From Octopus bimaculoides (lineage: Eukaryota), in assembly GCF_001194135.2 (NCBI RefSeq), contig NC_068981.1, positions 84,200,798-84,264,607 on the forward strand: a stretch of 63,810 bases of DNA, read 5' to 3'. Of this stretch, positions 26,510-39,463 are shown piece after piece; the stretch's first letter is position 1, and each line of letters opens with the position of its first letter. A program made the translations under genes and the position numbers. The notes under the pieces were generated by a model that had not been told where the DNA came from, ran no database searches, and was given only the letters and a program-made list of their open reading frames with translations.

Positions 26510-26680
26510 GGCACAGGCACCGATGGTGGTGTGTTTACATCTCCGTAATTTAGCGGTCCTGAAAAAGAGACCGATAGAATAAGATCTTGTCTTTCAAAGA
26601 ATAAGTCCTGGGGACGATTTGTTCGACTAAAGGCAGTGCTCCAGCATGGCTGCAGTTAAATAGCTGAAACATGTAAAAGT
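26510..26680 (+). mobile_element. SINE family B, 3' part
   Basis: gtgtttacatctccgtaatttagcgg..gagaccgatagaataag..ccagcatggctgcag. Confidence 0.85.
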
Positions 26681-26878
26681 GTATATCCGGCGAATTTGTC
26701 AACAATTCGTCTACAATTCATCTTCAACAATTCAGCTACAAACACACACACACACACACACACAACGACACACGCACACATACAACCACACACACACCTA
26801 TACAACATACAAGCACATACAAATTACACACATAACTTGTAGAAGTGTTGTAGACGAATTCACCTAGAACCATACGTA

Positions 26879-26909
<31 letters not shown>

Positions 26910-26960
26910 TTAATATATATATATACATATAATATATATATATATATATATAATATCTAT

Positions 26961-27303
26961 ATAGGTGCAGGAGTGGCTGTGTAGTAAGTAGCTTGCTTAC
27001 CAACCACATAGTTCTGGGTTCAGTTCCACTGCGTGACACCTTGGGCAAGTGTCTTCTACTATAGCCTCGGGCCGACGAAGGCCTTGTGAGTGGATTTGGT
27101 AGACGGAAACTGAAAGAAGCCCGTCGTATANNNNNNNNNNCGATGCTGGTTTGTTTACGTCCCTGTAACTTAGCGGTTCGGCAAAAGAGACCGATAGAAT
27201 AAGTACTAGGCTTCAAAAGAATAAGTCCTAGGTCGATATGCTCGACTAAAGGCGGTGATCCAGCATGGCCGCAGTCAAATGACTGAAACAAGTAAAACAG
27301 AGA
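26961..27303 (+). mobile_element. tRNA-derived SINE family B, full length (CORE-like central domain)
   Basis: A box ggagtggctgtgtagtaag, B box gggttcagttcc, CORE-like ccttgggcaagtgtctt, internal microsatellite (10-N gap), conserved tail. Confidence 0.92.
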
Positions 27304-27698
27304 ATATATATATTTATGTATGTATGTCTACATATATATACACACTTATACATAGAAGTAATTAATCATGTCTTTATCTGTTGAGAGAGTGACAACTTAA
27401 GTTCCACACAGACTATAACTGAGAAATCGTGTAGTAAACCATTAGTCATTTCACTTCATCTATATTGTTAACATTTAATAGAATAAATGAATGAAAGCTA
27501 CTACTATTTTTCCTCAGTAGAATTGGTCATCCAATGACGTCAACTTTGGTAACTTGAGATTACGAAAAAGGTTGACCAAACGAAAGCTGAACAAAAGGTA
27601 TACTTTTATTTGAATAATTTAGCCTTAGGTCTCCTTCAATCGAGGAGACATATGATCTATATGTTTCTAGACCTGAACAACTACTTATTAGAGGAATA

Positions 27699-28640
27699 CA
27701 CTTTCTGCTCGACTTACGACAGAGTTACGTTCCAACTGACAGGTCCTAAGTCGATCTGGTCGTATGTCGGAGTTATATTTTTCGACGCAATTTNNNNNNN
27801 NNNNNNNNNNNNNNNNNNNNNNNNNNNNNNNNNNNNNNNNNNNNNNNNNNNNNNNNNNNNNNNNNNNNNNNNNNNNNNNNNNNNNNNNNNNNNNNNNNNN
27901 NNNNNNNNNNNNNNNNNNNNNNNNNNNNNNNNNNNNNNNNNNNNNNNNNNNNNNNNNNNNNNNNNNNNNNNNNNNNNNNNNNNNNNNNNNNNNNNNNNNN
28001 NNNNNNNNNNNNNNNNNNNNNNNNNNNNNNNNNNNNNNNNNNNNNNNNNNNNNNNNNNNNNNNNNNNNNNNNNNNNNNNNNNNNNNNNNNNNNNNNNNNN
28101 NNNNNNNNNNNNNNNNNNNNNNNNNNNNNNNNNNNNNNNNNNNNNNNNNNNNNNNNNNNNNNNNNNNNNNNNNNNNNNNNNNNNNNNNNNNNNNNNNNNN
28201 NNNNNNNNNNNNNNNNNNNNNNNNNNNNNNNNNNNNNNNNNNNNNNNNNNNNNNNNNNNNNNNNNNNNNNNNNNNNNNNNNNNNNNNNNNNNNNNNNNNN
28301 NNNNNNNNNNNNNNNNNNNNNNNNNATTATTTTCCCTGTTTATTTACTTAATTTTTGAGAGCAGTCGGGTTCATTTTAATTATTCTGTGAGGGCAGTCGA
28401 GTTTATTTCAAATATTCTCATTTAAAAAATCATCTCCAGCTAATCGTTGAGAGGAAGATGGTATTGCCTTGGCGCAAGTTGCGCTCTCTGAGTACTCTTG
28501 TTTATTTATTTATTTATTTTGTTTCTTTATTTTTGGTGGTCGTAAGTGCGGATGGTCGTAAGTGCGGATGGTCGTAAGTGCGGATGGTCGTAAGTGCGGA
28601 TGGTCGTAAGTGCGGATGGTCGTAAGTCGAGGAGAAGGTG
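27699..28640. mobile_element. Tigger/pogo-family non-autonomous DNA transposon
   Basis: 22-bp TIRs (cactttctgctcgacttacgac at 27699-27720; gtcgtaagtcgaggagaaggtg at 28619-28640; 20/22 match), TA on both flanks, repeated subterminal tcgtaagtcg-like motif; interior partly gapped. Confidence 0.85.
28537..28627. repeat. 16-bp minisatellite (tggtcgtaagtgcgga), 5 copies plus 11 nt
   Basis: Five perfect units counted. Confidence 0.97.
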
Positions 28641-29164
28641 TATAGTCCACATTTTTTTCAATGCATCATTCTCTTTTACGACAGTGGTGTATTTAAGGAA
28701 ATTTGGCTGTTATTTCTAGCAGGTACAGCGACGACAAGGCGGCTTTTTCTATGACTCAAACGATAATAAGTACCATCCTGGTGTGTGGGTTTATCTGTTA
28801 TTATTACATATGTAAAACTGGGTGTATATGCGTGCGTAAATGTTTGAGTTAGTATTTCCTATATCCTGGTGTATTTCAATGTTTCAAAGTTTGTTTTCTG
28901 AAAGGTCATGTAAGGTCGAATTATAAATGTTATAACTTCCCATGATTTGTGACAAACATGCCCTTAGCACAATAGGGTGCCGTTGTTTACATTCATGTAA
29001 TAGTAAAACCAGAAACATAAAGCTTCGTTGCTTCTGCCCATCTTTTTATCTCATTCGTTTCCTCGCTGTATTGGTTATTCAATATTTGGCCCGTAACATT
29101 CATTATTATTGCTAAATAATATTATCCTTACTTTTAATATTATTACCGTTTATCATTTGCAGGA

Positions 29165-29175
29165 GAAGCAGCAGC

Positions 29176-29253
<78 letters not shown>

Positions 29254-29470
29254 GGTGGATGAGAGCTCGCAAAATCGTTCGAGCGTCGGAGAAAATGCTT
29301 AGCCATATTTCTATAGGCTCTGAGTTCAAATACCACCGAGGTCATATTCTATCAGTCTCTTCTGCTGAACAGCTAAATTACAGAGACGCAAACGCACCGA
29401 CATTGGTGTGAAGCAATGGTGGTGGTGGGACAAATACCGATACAAATACACACACACACATACACACACA
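29165..29470. mobile_element. (GTA)n, SINE A 5' fragment (+, 29262-29343) and SINE B 3' fragment (-, 29345-29470)
   Basis: gagctcgcaaaatcgtt..gagttcaaataccaccgaggtc; attctatcagtctcttctgctgaacagctaaattac. Confidence 0.75.
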
Positions 29471-29517
29471 CACGTACATACACACACACACGTACATACA
29501 TACATACATACGTACAT

Positions 29518-29888
29518 GTTGTTGGCACTCCGTCGCTTACGACGTCGAGGGTTCCAGTTGATCCGATCAACGGAACAGCCTGCTCGTGAAATTAACGTGA
29601 CAAGTGGCTGAGCACTCCACAGACACTTGTACTCTTAACGTAGTTCTCGGGGATAATCAGCGTGGCACAGTGTGACAAGGCTGACCCTTTGAATTACAGG
29701 CACAACAGATACGGGAAGTAAGATTAAGAGAAGGTTGTGGTGGAAGAGTACAGCAGGGTTCACCACCATCCCCTGCCGGAGCCTCGTGGAGCTTTAGGTG
29801 CTTTCGCTCAATAAATACTCACAATGCCCGGTCTGGGAATCGAAACCGCGAGTCCACTGCCCTAACCACTGGGCCATTGCGCCTCCAC
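29518..29888 (-). mobile_element. SINE family C with 13-bp TSD
   Basis: TSD tacatacgtacat at 29505-29517 and 29889-29901. Confidence 0.93.
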
Positions 29889-29924
29889 TACATACGTACA
29901 TACATACATACATACATACATACA

Positions 29925-30340
29925 TGATAGACTTGGAGATAGTGGTGATGCTGGCTGGTGAGATTTTGTGGTTTGCTGGTATGCCGAGAGAGATCAAGAA
30001 CGAAGGCGAAAAGATAGATAAATACAACTCTCTTAAGTACGAAATATCCCGGCTGTGGAAAATGAAGGTGAAGATAGTGCCAATTATTGCTGGATCCTTG
30101 GGAACAGTATCAGAAAACATTAAGGGAAATATAAAGGAAATTGGAAAAGAGTTCCCTAGTACAACTGTTGTAAAAGGATTGCCTCCTTGGCACGCCAGAA
30201 TAATCAGGAAAGTATTTGATAGTTGAAAAGAACGGATAGCATGACACCGTAGGCTGCAGGTAGCAAGTCCGTTACGCATGCAAGACTCCAGGAGCTCTAA
30301 CAAAACCTGTGGTAAAGAGAAAAAAATGAATAAATAAATA

Positions 30341-30388
<48 letters not shown>

Positions 30389-30390
30389 TA
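29925..30390 (+). mobile_element. R4/Dong-clade LINE 3' end (REL C-terminus) with (AAT)n tail
   Basis: EKIDKYNSLKYEISRLWKMKVKIVPIIAGSLGTV..ARIIRKVFDS* (stop at 30226), then 3' UTR and (AAT)n. Confidence 0.88.
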
Positions 30391-30445
30391 ATTCGTTTTA
30401 TTGGCCACAAGAGCTAATATCAATTAAAAACATATAAGGACAAAG
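30391..30445 (-). mobile_element. 3' tip of the Tx1-like LINE family seen at 11408-12125
   Basis: attcgttttattggccacaagagctaatatcaattaaaaacatataaggacaaag nearly matches 11418-11477; runs into a gap. Confidence 0.85.
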
Positions 30446-30959
30446 NNNNNNNNNNNNNNNNNNNNNNNNNNNNNNNNNNNNNNNNNNNNNNNNNNNNNNN
30501 NNNNNNNNNNNNNNNNNNNNNNNNNNNNNNNNNNNNNNNNNNNNNNNNNNNNNNNNNNNNNNNNNNNNNNNNNNNNNNNNNNNNNNNNNNNNNNNNNNNN
30601 NNNNNNNNNNNNNNNNNNNNNNNNNNNNNNNNNNNNNNNNNNNNNNNNNNNNNNNNNNNNNNNNNNNNNNNNNNNNNNNNNNNNNNNNNNNNNNNNNNNN
30701 NNNNNNNNNNNNNNNNNNNNNNNNNNNNNNNNNNNNNNNNNNNNNNNNNNNNNNNNNNNNNNNNNNNNNNNNNNNNNNNNNNNNNNNNNNNNNNNNNNNN
30801 NNNNNNNNNNNNNNNNNNNNNNNNNNNNNNNNNNNNNNNNNNNNNNNNNNNNNNNNNNNNNNNNNNNNNNNNNNNNNNNNNNNNNNNNNNNNNNNNNNNN
30901 NNNNNNNNNNNNNNNNNNNNNNNNNNNNAATTACTGGCCCTGTGTCAAAATCGGAACTA

Positions 30960-31122
<163 letters not shown>

Positions 31123-31685
31123 TATCGTTACTCACGTGACCTGATTATACATTACCAATATCTTTGTTAGCAGGTCCATTATACCTTCTACAAAGTAGTG
31201 TAACTAATGATTAAATCATATTTCTCAGGATTACACAAACACACGCAATTGCACGCTTACGCATACATATGTGAATGTGTTTGTTTGTGTGTATGTGTGC
31301 GTATGTATGTATGTATGTATGTGCGTGTGTGTGTGTGTATGATGTATGTGATTATGTGTGCTTCCCTGTGATGTTCTTACATATATAAACAATGAGAACA
31401 AGCAGGGTAATAATGAATCCAAACAGAAGTTCCCTATCAGATCTTTTCTTTTCTTTTCATTTCTCTCTTTCTTGATATCATGCTATAATGCTAATCTAAA
31501 CACGAGACACACACATAGAGAGGCGTTTATTTAGCCATGCGTTAATGTTGGACACAACAATAACACGTAGAACATGATGCGAAATTGACCTTGTTTTGGT
31601 AACTAATCAATGACATGAACAGGTGGTGAAGTTTTCGGGTGGTGGGACGACGAATGCATGGACATACATACATACATAGATACAG

Positions 31686-31724
<39 letters not shown>

Positions 31725-32629
31725 NNNNNNNNNNNNNNNNNNNNNNNNNNNNNNNNNNNNNNNNNNNNNNNNNNNNNNNNNNNNNNNNNNNNNNNNNNNN
31801 NNNNNNNNNNNNNNNNNNNNNNNNNNNNNNNNNNNNNNNNNNNNNNNNNNNNNNNNNNNNNNNNNNNNNNNNNNNNNNNNNNNNNNNNNNNNNNNNNNNN
31901 NNNNNNNNNNNNNNNNNNNNNNNNNNNNNNNNNNNNNNNNNNNNNNNNNNNNNNNNNNNNNNNNNNNNNNNNNNNNNNNNNNNNNNNNNNNNNNNNNNNN
32001 NNNNNNNNNNNNNNNNNNNNNNNNNNNNNNNNNNNNNNNNNNNNNNNNNNNNNNNNNNNNNNNNNNNNNNNNNNNNNNNNNNNNNNNNNNNNNNNNNNNN
32101 NNNNNNNNNNNNNNNNNNNNNNNNNNNNNNNNNNNNNNNNNNNNNNNNNNNNNNNNNNNNNNNNNNNNNNNNNNNNNNNNNNNNNNNNNNNNNNNNNNNN
32201 NNNNNNNNNNNNNNNNNNNNNNNNNNNNNNNNNNNNNNNNNNNNNNNNNNNNNNNNNNNNNNNNNNNNNNNNNNNNNNNNNNNNNNNNNNNNNNNNNNNN
32301 NNNNNNNNNNNNNNNNNNNNNNNNNNNNNNNNNNNNNNNNNNNNNNNNNNNNNNNNNNNNNNNNNNNNNNNNNNNNNNNNNNNNNNNNNNNNNNNNNNNN
32401 NNNNNNNNNNNNNNNNNNNNNNNNNNNNNNNNNNNNNNNNNNNNNNNNNNNNNNNNNNNNNNNNNNNNNNNNNNNNNNNNNNNNNNNNNNNNNNNNNNNN
32501 NNNNNNNNNNNNNNNNNNNNNNNNNNNNNNNNNNNNNNNNNNNNNNNNNNNNNNNNNNNNNNNNNNNNNNNNNNNNNNNNNNNNNNNNNNNNNNNNNNNN
32601 NNNNNNNNNNNNNNNNNNNNNNNNNNNNN

Positions 32630-32663
<34 letters not shown>

Positions 32664-33269
32664 TATGAGAAAATTATTGCCTTTCTTTCAGATGTAGCAG
32701 GGAAGTCGACAAAGGGCTACCAGGTGATCTCAGAACCTACTGTTTTTAAAGCACTACTAGTTGTAATATAAAACAATGACTGGGAAACATACAACATTTG
32801 CATGCCAGGAATCGGCAACCACGAAGCTAAAAGTCACTGTCGGTGAAGTACTACCTTATAATCTCATGACGATAAAGAGGTTATCGGGAGAGATTATGTT
32901 GAAAATCCGAACTATAGACAACTAAGGAAAAAATCACCATAAGAACATATCTATATTATAGGTAGCTCCAGAGATGGATTCTATTTTCCGTCTTATTCCA
33001 CGTACGCTAAAGGACTATTTGATTTTCTGATTCTAATACAAAGAATAGATGGTCGAAGTTAATGGGTGCTCTGATTCAACCGATCTGAAGTCTTCTTTAT
33101 GCGATTTATTTTTCGTGGCTTGCTCTAATTTGCTTTTAGTTGTTTTATTCGCATTGATTTACATTTATGCATACATATTTTTTATATAAAAAAAATATTA
33201 ATAACTTTCGATGGAACAACGAAATAATTCTTTCTTGGAAATGTATCTTGAAGCACATAAATGCTATAT

Positions 33270-33508
33270 ATAATGGTTTCAAATTTTGACACAAAACCAG
33301 CATGTTCGGAGGGAAGGGTTAAGCCGATTACATCGACCCCAATCCTCACCTGGTGCTTATCTTATCGACCCGAAAGAGATTAAAATCGACCTCATAATGA
33401 AAGACAAAATTGACATCGACGGAGTTTGAACTAAGAATGTAAAGATGAACGACATGTCGCTAAGTACATTTTGCCCGGCGTGCTAACGACTCTGCCAGCT
33501 TCTCTCCT
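33270..33508 (-). mobile_element. SINE family A with a small internal duplication
   Basis: ggtttcaaattttgacacaa..cgattacatcgacccc..gagtttgaactaagaatg..cgtgctaacgactctgccagct. Confidence 0.85.
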
Positions 33509-33589
33509 ATAATAAATATTATAAATAATAACATGTAAATATTGGGATGAAAACCCTTTTGGGTTAAAAAAATGATCAAAAGTATTTAT

Positions 33590-33805
33590 GTGCTTTAAGG
33601 TTCAATTCCAACGCATAAAGAATGTTTAGTTATATTTATCGACCCCAGTATTTCTTGTCTTTCTTTTTTCTTTTCATTTGAAGCCTGATACTTATTCTAT
33701 CGGTCTCTTTCACCGAACCGCTAAATTACGCGGATGTCAATGCACAAATACTGGTTGTCAAGCAGTGGTGGGGAACAAGCACATACAAAAAGATACACAC
33801 ATACA
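33590..33805 (-). mobile_element. SINE family B, 3' fragment
   Basis: tacttattctatcggtctctttcaccgaaccgctaaattacg. Confidence 0.75.
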
Positions 33806-34033
33806 GATAAATTTCAGTTCTTCTAATATGCTACTTCTTGTATATTCAATGTAGATACCCACTCACCGACTTGCAATTTTATTTATGTATTTAATCATTT
33901 ATTTGTCTATTTGGTTTCGCATTGGCTTTAGTGAATTTAATATTGGATTTCCAGAAAATATTTTATAATATAATTTCCTATGTGATGTAATTTATAACTT
34001 TATAACATTATAACAGTCTCTGTATGAGTGGGT

Positions 34034-34310
34034 GTGGAGGCTCAATAACCCAGTGGTTAGGGCAGCGGACTCGCGGTCATAGCATCGCGGTTTCGATTCC
34101 CAGACCGGACGCTGTGAGTGTTTATTGAGCGAAAACACCTAAGCTCCACGAGGCTCCTGCAGGGGGTGGGATGGCGACCCCTGTTGTACTCTTTCGCCCC
34201 AACTATCTCTCACTCTTTCTTCCTGTTTCTTGAGTCCAGCTAGTGGGGAAAGCATACGCCATAGAAACCGGGCCCATGAGCCGGGCTAGGCTTTGAAAGG
34301 GCGACGCTTT
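34034..34310 (+). mobile_element. SINE with family C head and an alternative tail, 11-bp TSD
   Basis: Perfect TSD tatgagtgggt (34023-34033 and 34311-34321); head matches family C; tail ends gggcccatgagccgggctaggctttgaaagggcg. Confidence 0.9.
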
Positions 34311-35220
34311 TATGAGTGGGTAATGAATAGTCCTATTTTGAATTTTATTAAGATGTTTCATATTCCCTCCTTCGAATGTTTTGTGGAATTTTGTTAAAGA
34401 TATACTTTTTGTTTAATACAAATATGAACACTAGTTTGCAACTTCAACTAAATTCATTGTTAAATTATGTCAGCAAAATTATTGAAAAAAAGGGCATGAC
34501 CATCACATAATCTTATTAGTTTTTCCTGTAAACTGAGGATTTGTGTATCATATTACCAGATAAACTGAAATTACTATATAGAAGAACCACCAACATCGAC
34601 GTCATCAGCTAAGGCATTACCGTCACTTTCCTCTTCCTCCTCCTCCTTCTGTTCCTCCCCACCAACATCGTCACCATCAAACATTATTAAAATTGCTGTT
34701 ATTCTTGTTTTTGTTTTCAATTTTATTCATGTTCTTGTTGTCTGTGTTTAGTTTTTAAAAAATTCTCTACAATACTTTTTCAAAGATAATATAACGATTT
34801 TATTTTGTTTTTCTTCTATTTTGTTTTATTTTATCTATTTGTTTATTTATTTGTTTATTTATTTTTTTACGTATTTTAAAATAGTTTTCGCAATGTTTTG
34901 TGTTTGAATTAATGTATATATATGTATCATATGTGTGCACGCGCGCTCATGTGTGTAACTATATACGTGTGAGGACGTATGGGGACGTGTTGTCCGCGTA
35001 TGTTTATTTCTGTATATGTGTACAAATTCGTGTAATTTTCTTTGTTTAAGGTCGCTAATCAATGCCGCTATCAGAACCTGCCACATTTTCACAAAGATGG
35101 ATTTGCATGTAGAGAACGTTAGCTTCCTTTGACTTTTCAAATGCTTAAATTTCTCGATAGCTGATAGGCTTCCTGTTTATAAAAGATATGGCGATATTAT
35201 GATTCACTGCACCCATGTAG

Positions 35221-35251
35221 TAATAATAATAATAATAACATCAACATCATC

Positions 35252-35290
<39 letters not shown>

Positions 35291-35292
35291 AC

Positions 35293-35326
<34 letters not shown>

Positions 35327-35662
35327 TGGAACAACAACAAGAACAAAGACAAGAGTAATAAATATTTTCTTTTTTTTTTTTAAATCAAAATTACGAACAG
35401 TAAAATTTAAAAAGAATAATAATTAAGCAGACAAAAAATAACAAAGAAAACATCAAGGAAAAAATATAGAAATTTAAGAAACACCAAGAAAATAAGAAAG
35501 GAAAAAAAAATGTATTTTATTTTTCGATTATTTTTGTTTTGATTTATTTGATTTGATTTTATTCTTTTCTTGTTATTATCTTAATCAACAATAAATGATG
35601 AGAAAAATATGAAGTGAGAAAGAAAGAAGCATTGCAGCATTCGAGGAAACATGATGATGATG

Positions 35663-35714
<52 letters not shown>

Positions 35715-35735
35715 TAATAATAATAATGCAATAAT
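35221..35735. repeat. (AAT)/(AAC)n microsatellite blocks in A-rich low-complexity DNA
   Basis: Directly visible. Confidence 0.9.
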
Positions 35736-37689
35736 AACGGCAACCCAATAAAGACAAGAAAACAAGAAAATGGAAAGAAAATACAGAGGCAAAGAAGAGG
35801 TGGGAAGAAAAGAATAAGACGAAGGAGCGTCAGTAACAACAACTATTGAGATTTAACTAGAACGGCAGAGGTTAGAGGTTTTAAACAGTTCAAAGTATTT
35901 ACAAGAAATTATGTCAATATTGTTTAAATTTTTATCTGCATTGATTTGATGGCTATAGATATATCTTTATTTATGTTCTAGAATATAATGGTGGAGACGT
36001 GGAAGAAAGAAAAACGTAAGAGTTAAAGGATAGTTAACTTCAAATTTTCTTTTTTTTATTTCGTTTTGTCTTCTTTCTTTACATCCTACACACTAATTCT
36101 TTAGCTTACGTTCCCATTTTATATTTCTGCCTGTCTTTATACGCGCAAAAACGCGGGCGCCGCACCCACACGCACGCACACATACACATGCACACACACT
36201 CGATTCCTTGCACATACACACCCAACAAAACATAATGCTCTTTCTTTCTCTCTTTCCCTCTCTGTCTCTCTCTTTTCTTCATATACACACTGAGGAACAG
36301 AGCAAAGCAATTATACAGCCACCACTCCATATACATACTCTATCTCGTTGTTCTTTTAACTTTTAATTTCCTATTTCTATATCAACATATATCTCCAAAC
36401 AATGAGTAAGAGTATGCCGTTCTGTTGTCATGGTCTCGGATCATTAACCCCTCTCACTCCATCCCTCCCCTCCCCCTCTCTCCCTCTATCTATCTGTCTA
36501 TTTATATCTTACCTTTTACTCACTTCTTCATGTATATATACATACGCGCCCGGACACACACGCACACACACACACACGCACACACACGCACACACACGCA
36601 TGCATATATATATATATATATATATATATGAATGTATGAATGTATGTATATATATACATATATGTATGTGTGTGTATAAATATATATATATCTGTGTATG
36701 TATATATATGATATAGAGAGAGAGACACAGAGAGGGCGATGTATGTATGCATACGCATACATATATATGAATGTATGTATGAATGTATGTATATATATAC
36801 ATACATATATATGAGTGTGTATAAACATATATATCTGTGTATGTACATATATATGATATATATGGAGAGACACACAGAGAGAGCGGTGTATGTACGCATG
36901 TATGCGTGTATGCATGCCAACATGTATGTATGTATGTATTATGGGTACGTATCTCTCTCCCGTTTGTCCTAATACGCCCCTAACAATTTTTTGACCTCCT
37001 ATTATTCCCATATTTGATGCAGTTATCTTGATTATAAATCGATCCCTCCCCATTTCTCCTTCCCTTTGCTTACTCTCTTAATGTACATTATCCCTTCTAC
37101 TTCCCTTTCAATGACCAATATTTGGCTTTTCCCCGTTACAAAAAGCAAATAAGTATCCGTCTATCTCGTTCCTTTGTTTTACCTATCTGAATATTCAAAA
37201 CTAATAATAACATCTTTAATACGAAGACAAATACTAAAACAATGCCCGTAGCGCCAATAACCTCAACAACAATAAGAGCACACAGTAAATGACATGAAGA
37301 TCATTAACTACAAACATCAATCAATATTACCAACAGTTAGTTGGAAAACATCAAAAGCATTCATACTGATAAAAATGACACCCCGAACAAGAGTAATAAC
37401 AAAACTTACAACATGTTTGATTGAATTAACATCACCATCATCAACACTAAGATGTTAATATCAGTCCACTTAATATCCTTCTTCATTATCATAAACGACG
37501 TCAGTGACAAAAATTTCAGACTTAATCTCGACACGCATACAAAAAAAAAAAAAATGAATACCGTGAATTTATAAAAGAAAGAGGAAAATTATTTCAAATT
37601 AAGAAAACGAAAAGTATGAGTGAACTCTGATAGGCGTGTGAGGTAGACCACGGGTGGTATATAAATGTATGTATGTATGTATTATGTAT

Positions 37690-37722
<33 letters not shown>

Positions 37723-38517
37723 CATAGATGCATATATATACATATATGTTTATACATACATACATACATATATATATTTATATACACACACAAACACATA
37801 CATATATATATAAACTTAGTAGATAGACAGCTGACAACTGATGAAGAATAGTTTCTCTGTATTTACTTGTCCTGTTTTCCATTTTTTTCTCTCGTTGTTT
37901 GCGTATTTAATTCGTTTGTTTTCGTATTTCATGTTGTTTATACAGTTGGTGATATCCTGTACCCATATATGCATATATATATTTTTTTATATCATTATTT
38001 ATTTGAACATCATGCAAAAATTTCCATGTAAGTATATATATATATATATATNNNNNNNNNNNNNNNNNNNNNNNNNNNNNNNNNNNNNNNNNNNNNNNNN
38101 NNNNNNNNNNNNNNNNNNNNNNNNNNNNNNNNNNNNNNNNNNNNNNNNNNNNNNNNNNNNNNNNNNNNNNNNNNNNNNNNNNNNNNNNNNNNNNNNNNNN
38201 NNNNNNNNNNNNNNNNNNNNNNNNNNNNNNNNNNNNNNNNNNNNNNNNNNNNNNNNNNNNNNNNNNNNNNNNNNNNNNNNNNNNNNNNNNNNNNNNNNNN
38301 NNNNNNNNNNNNNNNNNNNNNNNNNNNNNNNNNNNNNNNNNNNNNNNNNNNNNNNNNNNNNNNNNNNNNNNNNNNNNNNNNNNNNNNNNNNNNNNNNNNN
38401 NNNNNNNNNNNNNNNNNNNNNNNNNNNNNNNNNNNNNNNNNNNNNNNNNNNNNNNNNNNNNNNNNNNNNNNNNNNNNNNNNNNNNNNNNNNNNNNNNNNN
38501 NNNNNNNNNNNNNNNNN

Positions 38518-38549
<32 letters not shown>

Positions 38550-38569
38550 TATAAAGTACCAGAAATAAG

Positions 38570-38725
38570 GACGGTAAGGCTGGGGAATCGTAGGATCGTT
38601 AGATTTGCGTTATTTCCTCCGAATATTTAAGCTCTGGTTTCAAAGCCTGCTTGGGGTCAAGCTCGCTTTTCATCCTTCAAGAGTCGATTTAATAAAGTTC
38701 CTCAAAATTTATGGCCTTTTGCTTA
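38570..38725 (+). mobile_element. SINE family A, decayed
   Basis: ggatcgttag..gctctggtttcaaagcc..gctttcatccttcaagagtcgat. Confidence 0.55.
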
Positions 38726-39084
38726 AATTAATAACATTTATAGAATGCTGAGTAAATACACTTTCGTTAAATCTATATGCAATAGATAACTGTAAACACC
38801 TTGTCTTTTTATATGATAACTTACTGGAAAGAAAGTTAGTTTTGTCAACCAGATTAGTTTCAATCCCGTATTGGAAATATAATCAACGACAAAGTAAACT
38901 CTTTGAAGGGGCCACAGAAACAATTCGTATAAACTCACCATAAGGGCTTTCGTAAATAGGTAAGAATGACATGCATATATAACTTATCCTCGGGAACTAG
39001 TTCGAGAAATAGATTACAGTATTTTATTTCAATGCTATTCTGTACTGGAGCATAAATTCATAAGTTTCTACCCATATACTATGT

Positions 39085-39463
39085 TGTTGGCACTCCGTCG
39101 CTTACGAGGTCGAGGTTTCCAGTTGGTCCAATCGATGGAACAGCTTGCTCGTGAAAATAACGTGCAAGTGGTTGAGCACTCCACAGACACGTGTACCCTT
39201 AACGTAGTTCTCGAGGATATTCAGCGTGACACAGTGTGACAAAGCTGGCCCTTTGAATTACAGGCACAACAGAAATAGGAAGTAAGAGTGAGAGAAAGTT
39301 CTGGTGAAAGAGTACAGCAGGGTTCGCCACCATCCCCTGCCGGAGTCTCGTGGAGCTTTGGGTGTTTTCGCTCAATAAACACTCAAAACGCCCGGTCTGG
39401 GAATCGAAACCACGATCCTATGACTGCAAGTCCGCTGCCCTAACCACTGGGCCATTGCGTCTC
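39085..39463 (-). mobile_element. SINE family C with 14-bp TSD
   Basis: TSD cccatatactatgt/cccatataatatgt (13/14). Confidence 0.93.

Noticed and set aside
28537-28627. CRISPR-like array
   Set aside because: No spacers, eukaryotic context; explained by the Tigger end
32692-32723. Short plus-strand exon after ctttctttcag
   Set aside because: Weak donor, no recognisable peptide, no partner exons
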